The notes under the pieces are model-generated. The model saw nothing but the letters and a program-made list of their open reading frames with translations, was not told the origin of the DNA and made no database searches. A program made the translations under genes and the position numbers. From assembly GCF_006345805.1 (NCBI RefSeq), contig NC_042999.1, forward strand, positions 126,728,001 to 126,792,000: a stretch of DNA of 64,000 nucleotides, given 5' to 3'. Positions 1 through 11,660 of the stretch are shown one piece after another (positions within the stretch are counted from its first letter, which is position 1; every line of letters starts with the position of its first letter). This DNA is from Octopus sinensis. Its lineage: Eukaryota.

Positions 1-44
1 TATTAAGAATTTAATTTAAAAACTGTTAGTCACTTAATTGATAT

Positions 45-345
45 TCATTTCTGGTCATTCATATGCAGCACATGACCATACCAGTGCAGTCGTCTCTCTT
101 GCACACCACATCTGATACTTCTTATGTACAACATTGCTCTCAGGGTGCTTACACTCTGTAGTGTGTGCACACTGATTTTACATATCCAGTGGATCATACT
201 AGCTTCATTTCTTTCAAGCCTACGCATGTCTTCCACAGTCATGGGCCATGTTTCACTGCCGTGTAGCATGGCAGTTCACACTCATGCATCATACAATCTA
301 CCTTTCACTATGAGTGAGAGGCTCTTTGTCACTAGTAGAGATAGG
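45..345 (-). mobile_element. RTE-clade LINE remnant (C-terminal end of ORF)
   Basis: Minus-strand translation LPLLVTKSLSLIVKGRLYDA*V*TAMLHGSETW...RRLERNEASM...RRLHWYGHVLHM carries the YGSETW and RRLRWYGHV motifs typical of RTE C-termini; it contains stops. Confidence 0.85.
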
Positions 346-384
346 AACTTTCTGAACTTTGAAAATAATATCTTATGTTTAATT

Positions 385-565
385 AGGGTGGCAAGCTGGC
401 AAAATCATTAGCATGCTGGACAAAATGCTAAGCAGCATTTCATTTAAATTCTTTCAAAGTAGACTTTGCCTTTCATCCTTTTGGGGTTGAACTCTAGGGT
501 TGATGTAATTGACATACCCTATCCCCTAAAATTGCTGGCATTGTGCCAAAATTTGAAATCAATAT
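385..565 (+). mobile_element. tRNA-derived SINE, family C (GCTGGCAGAATCGTTAGC head; CTTTGCCTTTCATCCTTTCGGGGTCGA core)
   Basis: Diverged copy of a family recurring at approx. 1940-2140(-), 29676-29870(+), 37055-37265(-), 40335-40490(+), 43435-43556(-), 46270-46446(+), 56180-56338(-), 57485-57720(-), 60418-60630(+), 62122-62535(- two copies) and 62862-63050(-). Better copies show a B-box-like GAGTTCAAAT(T/C)C. Confidence 0.8.
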
Positions 566-2769
566 CTTATGTTTAAATGTTGTTTTATTCATAGCTAAAT
601 CCTATTGTTCTTGATTCAAATTATTTGATATATTGCACTAACTAGTCAATATTTACTTAAAATAACTTAGCAATAACTCTAAGATAAATGTTAGGGAAAC
701 AAAATACCAAATGGAAATTTTTGCCAAAAACCTTCTCTTTCTCTGACCTTTACAATCTTATTTACTTGGTCTTATAAATACATAGTTTTTTTTAAATACC
801 AACTCTTTTACTTCAGGATTGCATTGTTATTATTGGACCTTAGTTGCCATTTTAAAAGTTATCCCTTTCTTTTGTGAAGGTTTTGTGGTTCAATTGGTAC
901 ATTTAAAGGTTCAATCTGATCAGCTAAATCTCTATAAATCTTTCATATTGAATTAATTCTTTTGTTTTCAGGGCTCTCCCGTGAAATCATCTGTGCTCAG
1001 CGAAAGAAAACTTAATTGTATTAAAGCTATAATTCTAAAAAGTTGTTTGTTATTTTTTAAAAGAAGGAATGATGAGTAATTGAAATATTTTATCTTTTAC
1101 TTGTTTCAGTCATAAGACTGTGATCATGCTGGAACACTGCCTTGAAGAATTTTCTTAGTTGAATGAATATTGACCCTAGTACTTACATTTTTTTAAAGCC
1201 TGGTATTTATTCTATCAATCTATTTTGCTGAACCACCAAGTTACAGGTTCTCAAGCAGCGGTAGGGGACACACACACACACATGCGATGGGCTACTTTCA
1301 GTTTCCAACTACCAAATCCACCCAAGGCTTTGGTCAGTTCAACACTATAGAAGACATCTGCTCAAGATGCCAATGCAGTGGGACTGAACTTAGGACCATA
1401 TGGTTGGGAAGCAAGCTTCTTACTACATAACCACACCTGCACCTACATATTGATGAATTTTAAAATTCACATTTATGTTATCAAAACCTTATTATACATG
1501 ATGGCTTTAATTGACACCAGGTATGGATGACCATTTTTGAGAAGCAATTTGAATGAGACATAGCTCATAATCAGGTGGGTTGCAATACTTAAAAAATTCA
1601 GGGTAGTAAGGACTTGGAAAATGGCTTGAATTAAATGATATGAATGCAGCAAAAATTGTAGTAGTAATTAGTAATGGTGTTAACCAAAGTCTGTTTCCAC
1701 CATTTATAGATGGTTTGGTGATTTTTAATTGATATGCAGTATCATCAAAATATTGAATCAGACCAAATGATAAAATCACAAAAGGCGCAGTTGGATCTTT
1801 AGCTGTTAATGCTGAATGGCATCTGGTTGTTGAAAATGTCACTCAACTTATTCTGACCTATGCAAGCATGGAAAAGTGGATGTTAAAATGATGATGATGT
1901 TTGGTTTTCTTTAATCACCTCTACTAATAATAATAGTTTCAAGTTTTGGCACAAGGTCAGCAATTTCAGAGGAGGGGTAAGTTGATTACATCAACCTCAG
2001 TCCTCAACTGGTATTTGTTTTATCGACTCAGAAAGGATGAAAGGCAAAGTCAACTTTGGCAGGATTTGAACTCTGAATGTAAAGGTGGACAAAATGCTGC
2101 TCCATGTGCTAACAATTCTACCAGCTCACTGCCTTACTTCTACTGATAATAATAATAATAATAATGCAAGAACAAGTAATATATTTGGATTAAAATAGTC
2201 ACAGCATTCTTTTCCCCATTGAAAAATACATTCTGCTTGATAAAGACAATGTAGTACACATTTTAAATCTTTAAATCATTAGAGATAATAAAGCTTTGAA
2301 ACTTTTTTTATTGAAGCTAAGCTACTATAATTCTTCCTATGAAAAAATGGTTAAACTATATTTAAGATATTAATTTCCCTCAAAATATTCTGTCAGGTTA
2401 TTTGTTAAAGCTTGCTTTATACAATATACTCAATATATATCACTAATATTTTTTATCAACATTGATGATATTAACTGATAAACGCTATGTTAAATCTCTT
2501 TCTTTGTTGAATTATTTAAGCAGTAATTTTTATCACCTATTTTTCTTTTGTAATGCTGTTACTGACATTACTGAACTTCCATTTCACACTTAAATATGCA
2601 AACGTTTTATCAAAACATTAAGAGTTACAGTGTAATTGAAGTGTTGAGTTTCTGTTTTAAACTTCAGTCATTTTGTACCTATAAGTAAGGTACTTTACTG
2701 AGCACAGAGAGAAAAGGTTGTAAAAATAAAGTGGTTATTACTTAAAAAATTATATAGCTGAAAGAATTT

Positions 2770-3160
2770 TAATTTTCGAGTTTTGTTTGTTTGAAACAGA
2801 AGTGACAAGGGCGAAGATATACGATGAAAGACATTGATATTTAATAAATACGATCGTAAAATAAACAAAACTTATGTGAGCATATATATGATGTATCTTT
2901 GAAAGGAAAATAATTCATCGGCGAATTAAAGCAGTGTAAGTCAAGGAAGGTAACTATGAAATGTTATACTAGTTGCTCCCCTTGAATATTACCCTGTATC
3001 TCTAATAAAAAGTACACCAAAAAACAAGACCCTTATCGAAATTTTTCGCTTGTATATCTCATTTCAGTCTTAATCGATAAAATAACCCTTCTGAAGCTAA
3101 CAAAGAAACAAACCTTTCAATTTTTTAAAGAAATTATTTGATTTTTAAAAATATACGAAT
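2770..3160. promoter_or_regulatory. CpG-bearing unique patch, possible promoter/first exon
   Basis: About a dozen CpGs in ~400 bp of non-repeat sequence within a CpG-depleted window; plus-strand donor-like sites GT|GTAAGT (2936) and AAG|GTAACT (~2949). No transcript evidence. Confidence 0.25.
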
Positions 3161-4039
3161 TGTTTATATTTTTTTAGTTAGGCTTGTGTGTGTCATCATC
3201 ATAATTTAACATCGGTTGTCCAAGCTGGCGTGGGTTGGATGGTTTGACCGGACCGGCACGCTGCAAGGCTGCACTAGAGTCCAGTCTGATTTAGCATAGT
3301 TTTCTACAGCTGGATACCCTTCGTAACGAGAGGTTAATACAAGTATATTAACTGGGTTTTGGACGTTTGCTCGACACCGGAGTGCTTTTACGGGTCACCA
3401 GCACGGGTGCCAGTTTGTGTGACATCGGTATCTTCCGTGACTGCGATTTTATTTGGCTTGGTGGGTTTTTTTTCTCAAGCATGACATAATGCCAAAGGTC
3501 TTGGTCATTGCTTCTGTTAGGCCCAGAACACGAAAGGAACTCAGCCACTTGTCCAAAACTCAGTTAATAAATTTGTAATACATCTCTGACCCTAATGAAT
3601 AACCAAATTATAAATCTTTTCCCTTGCCTTTGAATTAATATCTCTTAATGTTAGAAATATTTTTTATGAGGTGCATGCAGAATAGCAAGAATTCAAGTAA
3701 TAACATATCTATTCATTCTCGATATTTTAGCAGTATTTTTTCTATTTTAGATATAAATTGTTTTTATACAAAGTGTGCTACTTTAACAAGACCATTGCTA
3801 TACCACTGCCAATGTGAATAAGTAAAGAGTAAAACCATGATTAATTGATACATATCTGATAAAATTGATGCTGACTCTGTGGGTGCTGGAGCCATGTAAA
3901 AAGCACCCTGTATACTCTAGAGTGTTAGAAAGGGCATGCAGCTGTAGGAACCAAGCTAAAACAGACTATGGAACTTGGTACAGACCCTGGCCTTGAAAAC
4001 GGACGTTAAATGTTGATAATGATTTTGTGTGTTTTCCAA

Positions 4040-4364
4040 ACCATTAATCATTAATTAATGAGGTTAACATTTTTGTCAACAATTTAACTTTTAAGTTAAC
4101 TTTGGAAATCATTATTGGACTAATTAACTTCTATTAACTCAAGTCAACTTCAGTTAACTTCAATTCAATTGGGACTTTTTAAATGTGTTTTTAGGTGACT
4201 TCAGAGCAAAAACTGATTTTTTGTTTTTTTTTATAATAAAAATTAATGTTAACAGTTTACCAATAACTTCTGTTACGTTTTTAAAGAATTAACTGATTCA
4301 TGGTTATTGAAATTAACTTTTTGGGTAATGAAGTTAACCTTTCAATTAACAGTGCCCACCTTTG
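4040..4364. mobile_element. DNA-transposon end with TTAAC subterminal motif array
   Basis: 11 TTAAC motifs in ~310 bp, ending in GTGCCCACCTTTG (reverse complement CAAAGGTGGGCAC, TIR-like). No partner TIR found. Confidence 0.45.
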
Positions 4365-7085
4365 CTGTTTTCCATGTGGGTATGAGTAGATGGTTCAACA
4401 AGATTCAAGATGAGTAGATGGTTCAACAACGTTTTGTTGTGATTGCTACAGCTTCATGTCCTTACTAGAACCAACCCCTTTACAGAGTGTACAGGATGCA
4501 GTTTTTTCATGGCACCTGCACTATAGAGTTCACCTTGTAATAGATTTATTGTGGATAATGATAAAAGTATTGGTGAGTATAACAGAAGAAATAGTGTTGG
4601 GGTGAAAGTAACTGAGACAAGGGAAGGGGAAGATTAATGTTAGTGATTAGTGTGAAGGAGAAGTAGGGACATAATGGTAATGGAGTAGGTTGTATAGATG
4701 GACCTAGTGATGGAGTGGATCAGTCCCTTGGCTATGTCAGTATGGGTTGGAATGTTCATCAGACTGTTCTTACAGGAATTATACAGGCTTGTTGTTGGGA
4801 GATGGTGGTAGCAGAGAGACTAACATAGACAGTCTTAGGGAAAGAAGTAAAGGGAGGTAAATAGAAATGTAGTGTGAATGAGTTTCAGTGATAGTTGGGT
4901 AAGCAGAGTAGGCATCAGTTTACCCGCCAGTGTATAATGTGCTTCTCTATGTCACATATGAGTGGTGAATGAAGGAAAGATAAGATGGAAGTGGGTAACA
5001 GGATGCTGGAAAAGTAAAAGTAGTGTTAAAAAAATAGTGAGAGAGATCAATGGTAAGGGTGGTGAAGAGGAGGGTTGAGTAGGAGGAGATGCAGTGCTAC
5101 TTCCCACATTATATATAGGTGGGTAGAGAGGTGCATGGTGAGAGATAAAATGATAGGAAGCCAGGGCATATCTTCATGGTAACATATTCAAGAGAACGTG
5201 GTCTCAGGAGAGTCAGGGAGGGTGAGTAAATGTTGCCAGAGTGCAATCCCTTCCCACTCAAGTGTTATGTTTCAGGAAGAAAGAGAAAGGAGGGTAGCAG
5301 GAGCTAAGAGGAAGGGAAATATTCAATATGTACAAATTGAATACTTTTCTCTCAGTTATGGATGGCATGACATGGTAAATAGAAGAGACTAGAGGGTACA
5401 TAATAGGCACAACACTTAAGAGAATAGATAGTAGGAAGATATAGAAAGGGCAATAGATAGTGGGGATATATGTACAAAGTAATTTAGTAAAGAATGTGCA
5501 TGAAGCTTGCTTGGGCAGTTGGGACCTTCCACAGCACTGCATATCATCAGTCCGACATGATCTTCTATCATTTTCATTAGATTTAACATTTTGAGATCAC
5601 TCTTTTACTACCTCATCCCAAGACTTCCCCAGTCTCCCTCTTCCAAACATACCATTGACTTTGAGCACTCAACATTTGCTAATGCAACTGTCATTCTTCA
5701 TTTGCATCACATGCCTATGCCAACACAGTCTCCTTTTTTGCATGCTACATCTGATTTCTCTTAAACTCAGCTATCTCATCATACATTTATACTTTGTCAT
5801 TCATGGATTCTAACAAGGTTTATCCAGTAAAGCATGCTTGCTTCATTTCTTGCTAGCCTTTGCATATCTTCTGCAATCAAGGCCTACATGCTGCTGTCAT
5901 GCAACAACACACTTTACACACAAGCACCATACAATCTGCTCTTGATCATGAGGGATAAGCCCTTTGTTGCCAGTTGAGACAAAAGCCCCCTGAACTTTCT
6001 CCAACACATTCTAGCTACCAGACTTTTGGAACGTCCATCCCCACTGTTAACTGGGTCGCCTAAAAGCAAAAACTGTCAACTACTTCTAGGAAGCTATCTA
6101 GGCAATTAAGGGAATCGATTTCCTGAGCATTCTTAGTGCTTACTGCTAAAACTTCTTGCTAAAATTTTTTATTTTACTAAGTTTATTTTAAGACTCTTCA
6201 GTTCCAGATTTTTGTTTACATATCTGGAATTTCAATTTCATTTCTTGTACTGATTCTGTTATAAGAGCTATGTCATCAAAATACTGGAGAGCCAGTCTTA
6301 AGTTCCCCTATTATGAATTTAAGGAATATAATAAATAAAATGGAGACTGAGAACTAATATGTCCTGGTCAATAAATTTACTATTCCTTGCTGTTTCTCAC
6401 ATTGCTGTATGCCCTTTCATACATAGATTGTACGACCTTCTCAAGCCCTTCATATATTTCTAGTTTCCTTAAAGACCACTAAATCACAGTCCAAGGGACC
6501 CTGTGAAAAGTCTTCTCCAGATCAACAAACACTTGGAATAGGTGCTTATTCCTAGTCATGTATTTCACTTGTGGTTGAATCACAAAGAAAATGGCCTCAA
6601 TGGTGCCTCTTCTTGAGACAAAGCTGGACTAAATCTCATCTAGACTAATACTGTGCCTAAGTTTTGCAATTGTCCTCTCTGTAGCTTTCATAAGCTGGTC
6701 TAATAATTTGATGCCTCTGTTGTTTCTTCTCTCTTCTCTCTAGTGCATCTCTTTTGCTCTTGTTGCAGTTTTTGATGACAGTGCAATGCTTTTCCTTAAA
6801 GCTGACACCTTCATATATTAACTCCTTGAGTGGTTATCCTATATCCAATTCACAAGATATTTTAAGCTTGCTGGCAATTATCTCATTTAGCCTTATTCTT
6901 CTATTTATAGTATTGTATTCAACTTGGATGGCCAGTTCCTCTGTTGAGTCTGCATAAGTAAACACTACTCACACCCCATGCATTCTCCACATTCAGGAGC
7001 TTCTCACAGTAGCGTTTCCATATCTCTTACTTAGTCTCAGTGAGAGCAAAGTTCTGGAATATTGTTTTACAATTTCGTAAATTTT
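4365..7085 (-). mobile_element. Decayed RTE-clade LINE (RT remnant plus ~1.1 kb pyrimidine-rich 3' UTR)
   Basis: Minus-strand frames give QYFDDIALI (YADD-like RT motif, ~6270) and KRLCWHRHVMQMKNDSC...GRGRLGKSWDEVVK (RTE C-terminus, ~5620-5740), with many stops and frameshifts. The terminal ~170 bp resembles the family B tail. Confidence 0.8.
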
Positions 7086-7661
7086 CATCAAAGCTACTGT
7101 TTTGCTGGAAAAGAGAAAGACTGGCTCTCTGTCTTATACTTTCTTCATACCTCCTCTTTTCCCCACTGCAGGCATAAAGCAGAGACACTCAGAAGTATTT
7201 TGTAGGAATTTGTGCTTTAATTATGCACTCAAGCTACAGAACATTTATCTCCTTTTCCCATCATTCTTAGTTCACTGATAAATGAATGTTTCCAAATATA
7301 TTGTAGACTGTACAGAGAGCTCTAGTAGGACTTTTGTATGAAGTACATATGTAATACCATATGTAAGGCACATACTTGTGTCTAATGCAAATATCTATTA
7401 GACACAGAATATGATGTATGATATAAAACTATATAGAATAGTCAAGATTTCAGGCGACTGGTTACAAATATATACTCTAAGTAAATTACTGTATCTGACA
7501 CAGTCAATCTATCAATCAATAGATATTATTTGCTCTCTTACATACAGAGTGGCTGATGTTAGGAAGGCTGTCCCACAATAAAGTATTCCTCCAACAATTC
7601 CAGTAATTATAAAATTTGCTGAAAGATCCAATCCATGCTAGAAAGTTGGATATATTGATGA

Positions 7662-8080
7662 AGGCATAGCTGTGTGGTTAAGAAGTTCATTTTGTAGCTA
7701 TGAGATACCAGTTTGGTTCTGCTGTGTGGTACCATTCCACAGATGACTGCTATTGTAGTAGTCTCAATTTGGTGAATACTTTTTGCATGGAATTTGGAAG
7801 ATGGAATCTGTGTAGACGTCCAACATACATAAAGATTAGGTACATGCTAGTGTGTATGTCTGCTGGTGTATGTGTGTGTGTGTGTGTGTGCACATGTGTG
7901 TGTGTGCACATGTGTGTGTGTGAAAGAGAGAGAGAGATGATTTAGGTCTCTTTATATCAGCACATAACTTAGTGATAAGTTAATAATCTATAAAATAAGT
8001 ACTAGGGGTGATATGATCCGCTAAGCCCTTGAAAACAATGCTTCAACTCGGCTACAGTCCAATGACTGAAACTTGGAATA
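7662..8080 (+). mobile_element. tRNA-derived SINE, family A (diverged copy)
   Basis: Head GCATAGCTGTGTGGTTAAG, internal (TG)n, tail CAGTCCAATGACTGAAAC; aligns by eye to the younger copy at 9123. Confidence 0.75.
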
Positions 8081-8719
8081 CAATAAAATACAAAACAAAC
8101 AAAAACGACTATGCTTAAGAATTCTCATTATACTCAACATCAACAATAAGTAAATAAATAAATAAATAACTGAAATAATATCAGCTGTAAAAGATTCACC
8201 TCACTTATATACACTCTGGTGCATAGAATATCAAAGTATCAGTCTAGTTATGAAACAAATATGAGTTGGCAGTTAGTTCTGTCTAAATAACACAAGCATG
8301 AGAAAAAAAAATGTAATGATGATGATGACAACAATGATGATAATAGCAACGTCAAATTTGAAACAAAGATTATTTGCTATCCAAATGTCCGACTGGGGAA
8401 GTGGTTCTCAAATGTTACATTATATCCCTATTTCCTTTCTACTTTTTAAATAGAAAACAGCTGACACCATTCCACATCCTCTAGTTCCACCATTCTGCAT
8501 CCTGTTTTCAAATACTGTCTATACCATGTCGCCTGCTTGAACCTTGAGTAATTTATATCTTCAAAAAAGCCCATCAATGTAAAACACTAAAAAAAAAAAA
8601 GAACAAAAATATTACTTTGCCCTTACAATTTGAACTCACAGATATGTGATTGGCCAAGATTTTCTTGGTAAATGTTTAATTTGTAATGTAATAAAATATT
8701 GAACTTAATGTAGGTCTGG

Positions 8720-9093
8720 AAAATAAGAATGAACACCAACAAATTCAGGAGTTCTTTTCTTATCAGAACGATCAGAGTGAGTATTTTGAGCTGCTGTATC
8801 TTTGTAATCACTGTTAAACTCATTCAACTCTTTCCAAATCCTCTGCACTCTGCTCAGATTGACACCCAAACACTCTGAAATGTTTGTATTGGAGCTTCTG
8901 GTGTGAATGTCAAGCAGTATAGCAGGCTGTTTCCAAATTTCTGGCAAAATGAAATGTGCCATGGTGCATTTTTTCTCACAAACAGTGCCCAACTGACCCT
9001 ACTATACTGTGTAGTTGACAAAATCAAAAACAAACAATGAGCATGTGCAAAATTAAAAATATATAATGGTGACAATTTACCCATCGCACCCTG
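8720..9093 (-). mobile_element. Tc1/mariner 5' fragment with TIR
   Basis: TA|CAGGGTGCGATGGGTAAATTGTCACC terminus at 9093, followed by an HTH-like remnant (ISECLGVNLSRVQRIWKEL). The C-terminal Tc1 fragment at 47202-47452 may belong to the same family. Confidence 0.7.
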
Positions 9094-9122
9094 TATACAT
9101 ACATACATACATAAATACATAT

Positions 9123-9535
9123 AGGAGTGGCTGTGTGGTAAGTAGCTTGCTAACCAACCACATGGTTCCGGGTTCAGTCCCACTGCGTGGCATCTTGGGC
9201 AAGTGTCTTCTGCTATAGCCCCGGGCCGACCAATGCCTTGTGAGTGGATTTGGTAGACGGAAACTGAAAGAAGCCTGTCGTATATATGTGTATATATATG
9301 TATGTGTGTTTGTTTGTGTGTCTGTGTTTGTCCCCCTAGCATTGCTTGACAACCGATGCTGGTGTGTTTATGTCCGCGTTACTTAGCAGTTCAGCAAAAG
9401 AGACCGATAGCATAAGTACTGGGCTTACAAAAAAAGAATAAGTCCCGGGGTCGAGTCGCTCGACTAAAGGCGGTGCTCCAGCATGGCCGCAGTCAAAGGA
9501 CTGAAACAAGTAAAAGAGTAAAAGAGAGTAAGAGT
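9123..9535 (+). mobile_element. tRNA-derived SINE, family A (near full length)
   Basis: A-box-like TGGCTGTGTGG, B-box-like GGTTCAGTCC, CCTTGGGCAAGT-like motif, internal (TA)/(TG) microsatellite and (GAGTAAAA)n tail. Other copies: 1090-1444(-), 31955-32352(+), 37832-38232(+), 42084-42670(+), 49900-50238(+), 50282-50710(+), 56848-57247(+). Partial copies: 13330-13480(-), 24790-24985(-), 45660-45817(-), 53560-53745(-), 56340-56510(+), 57250-57470(+). Confidence 0.9.
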
Positions 9536-9539
9536 ATAT

Positions 9540-9579
<40 letters not shown>

Positions 9580-10854
9580 TATATATAGGTAAACAGTAAA
9601 ATTAAATACAGACATGGACAAGAACATGAAACACCACAGAGACGACACAAGAACCACAGGACGGGACATTAGAAGCCCTCAGTCATCAGTCAAGAACCAG
9701 ATCATCTTAGCAATTTCGGCTGATTTAACTTATTAAACAAAGTTCAACAAATTCATTCGTATTTATGTAATGAAGGAGACTGGATGTTAAAATGGAGTAT
9801 AGTTTTTCTTTTTCATATTGCTATACAATTGATTCATACAAATAGGCTCACATATTCATGAACAGAAAATTGTAATAGTCATACTTGTACTCCTCAGAAG
9901 TAAATAGAAAAACACACAAAAAAAAGACATTTAAAGTACATAGGGTTTTTTTTCTTAGTTATCATTTTATGGGATTAATATATTTGTAAAATTCGAAAGT
10001 AAAGTATGAAGGAAAGACATCAGAAATCTTAGGAAAAAATTCCAATTAAAGGACAAACATGCATTCATCCGATAAAATATATATATAAAATATGTATGTA
10101 TGTATATATATATATATATATATATGAGGTTACCTAGGACATAGATGTGTTCTATCATGCCTATACCTATATATTTCTTTAAGATGTTTGCTTGAGAGCC
10201 ATGTGGTTTTAAACTTATGCTTACTATATGGACACTATTGGCTGGCAAACTTCCTGTAAAACAAGTGAATACATTGTTTACTCTTTCCTATGTATCAAAT
10301 TTACAAATTTCATCTTCGCAAGTGGTATGACATAGTAAAGCTTCAAAGAAAAGGTGAAGTACATCTGTCACTGCTATCATAATGTTTACCTCGCTCTGAT
10401 ATATAATGTGCTTTTAACCCACATGTCTGTAAAAAGATTTTCTCTCAGACAAAAGACACAGCATCATGCCTTTAAATAGTGTATACACATTTTGTATGAT
10501 ACAGATGGCAAGCCCACCACAACAGAATTGAGATCCTAAAACCAAGATGTCATGTGAAAAGCATTGATATAGGTACTTGTGCCATGTAAAAAGCACTGGT
10601 GTTGGTGCCACATAAAAAGCACATTGTAAAGTGGTTGGTGTTAGGAAGAGCATCCAGCCATAGAAACCAAGCCAAAACAGACTATGGAATCTTTGTGCAT
10701 AAGAACATACATGTAGAAAATATGTATGGGATCCCCTATTTGACTCCTTATTCACATAATCCCCGAACCTGGAGCTTAACTATTGTCTGTCCATAGCACT
10801 TACTCAGCATTACCTGACACCTTTGGGTCTTATTGACACCATTACCTCTCATAA

Positions 10855-10857
<3 letters not shown>

Positions 10858-10906
<49 letters not shown>

Positions 10907-11123
10907 CATCATCATCGTTTAATGTCCATTTTCCATGCTAGCATGGGTTGGATGGTTTGACCGGGGTCTAGGAAGCCAGGGGGCTGCACCAGGCTCCTGT
11001 CTGATCTGGCAATGTTTCTACAGTTTGATGCTCTTTCTAACGCCAACCACTCCATGAGTGTAGTGGGTGCTTTTTACGTGCCACTGGCAAACGGCCACGA
11101 TCGGTTGGTGCTTTTTACGTCTC

Positions 11124-11179
<56 letters not shown>

Positions 11180-11227
11180 TCATCGTCGTTTAACGTCCGT
11201 TCTCCATGCTAGCATGGGTTGGACGTC

Positions 11228-11290
<63 letters not shown>

Positions 11291-11301
11291 ATATATATAT
11301 A

Positions 11302-11352
<51 letters not shown>

Positions 11353-11389
11353 ATATATAATATATATATATATATATTATATATATATA

Positions 11390-11452
<63 letters not shown>

Positions 11453-11519
11453 TATATTATATATATATATATACATATATACACACACACACCACACACA
11501 TATATATATATATATATGC

Positions 11520-11576
<57 letters not shown>

Positions 11577-11584
11577 TATATACT

Positions 11585-11629
<45 letters not shown>

Positions 11630-11660
11630 CACACACACACACATACATACATATATATAT
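10858..11660. repeat. Compound (TA)n tracts with embedded family B copies
   Basis: (TA)n at 10858-10903 and ~11125-11660 (imperfect, with CA runs); family B copies at 10905-11122(-) and 11177-11227(-, tail only). Confidence 0.95.

Noticed and set aside
972-1015. Plus-strand terminal exon candidate (LSREIICAQRKKT*)
   Set aside because: Good acceptor, but only 14 codons and no linkable upstream exon or recognisable homology.
9586-9745. Possible type-II hammerhead on the minus strand (GAAA upstream of CTGATGA)
   Set aside because: Stems I and II cannot be formed adjacent to the cores; at most a degenerate PLE-like end.
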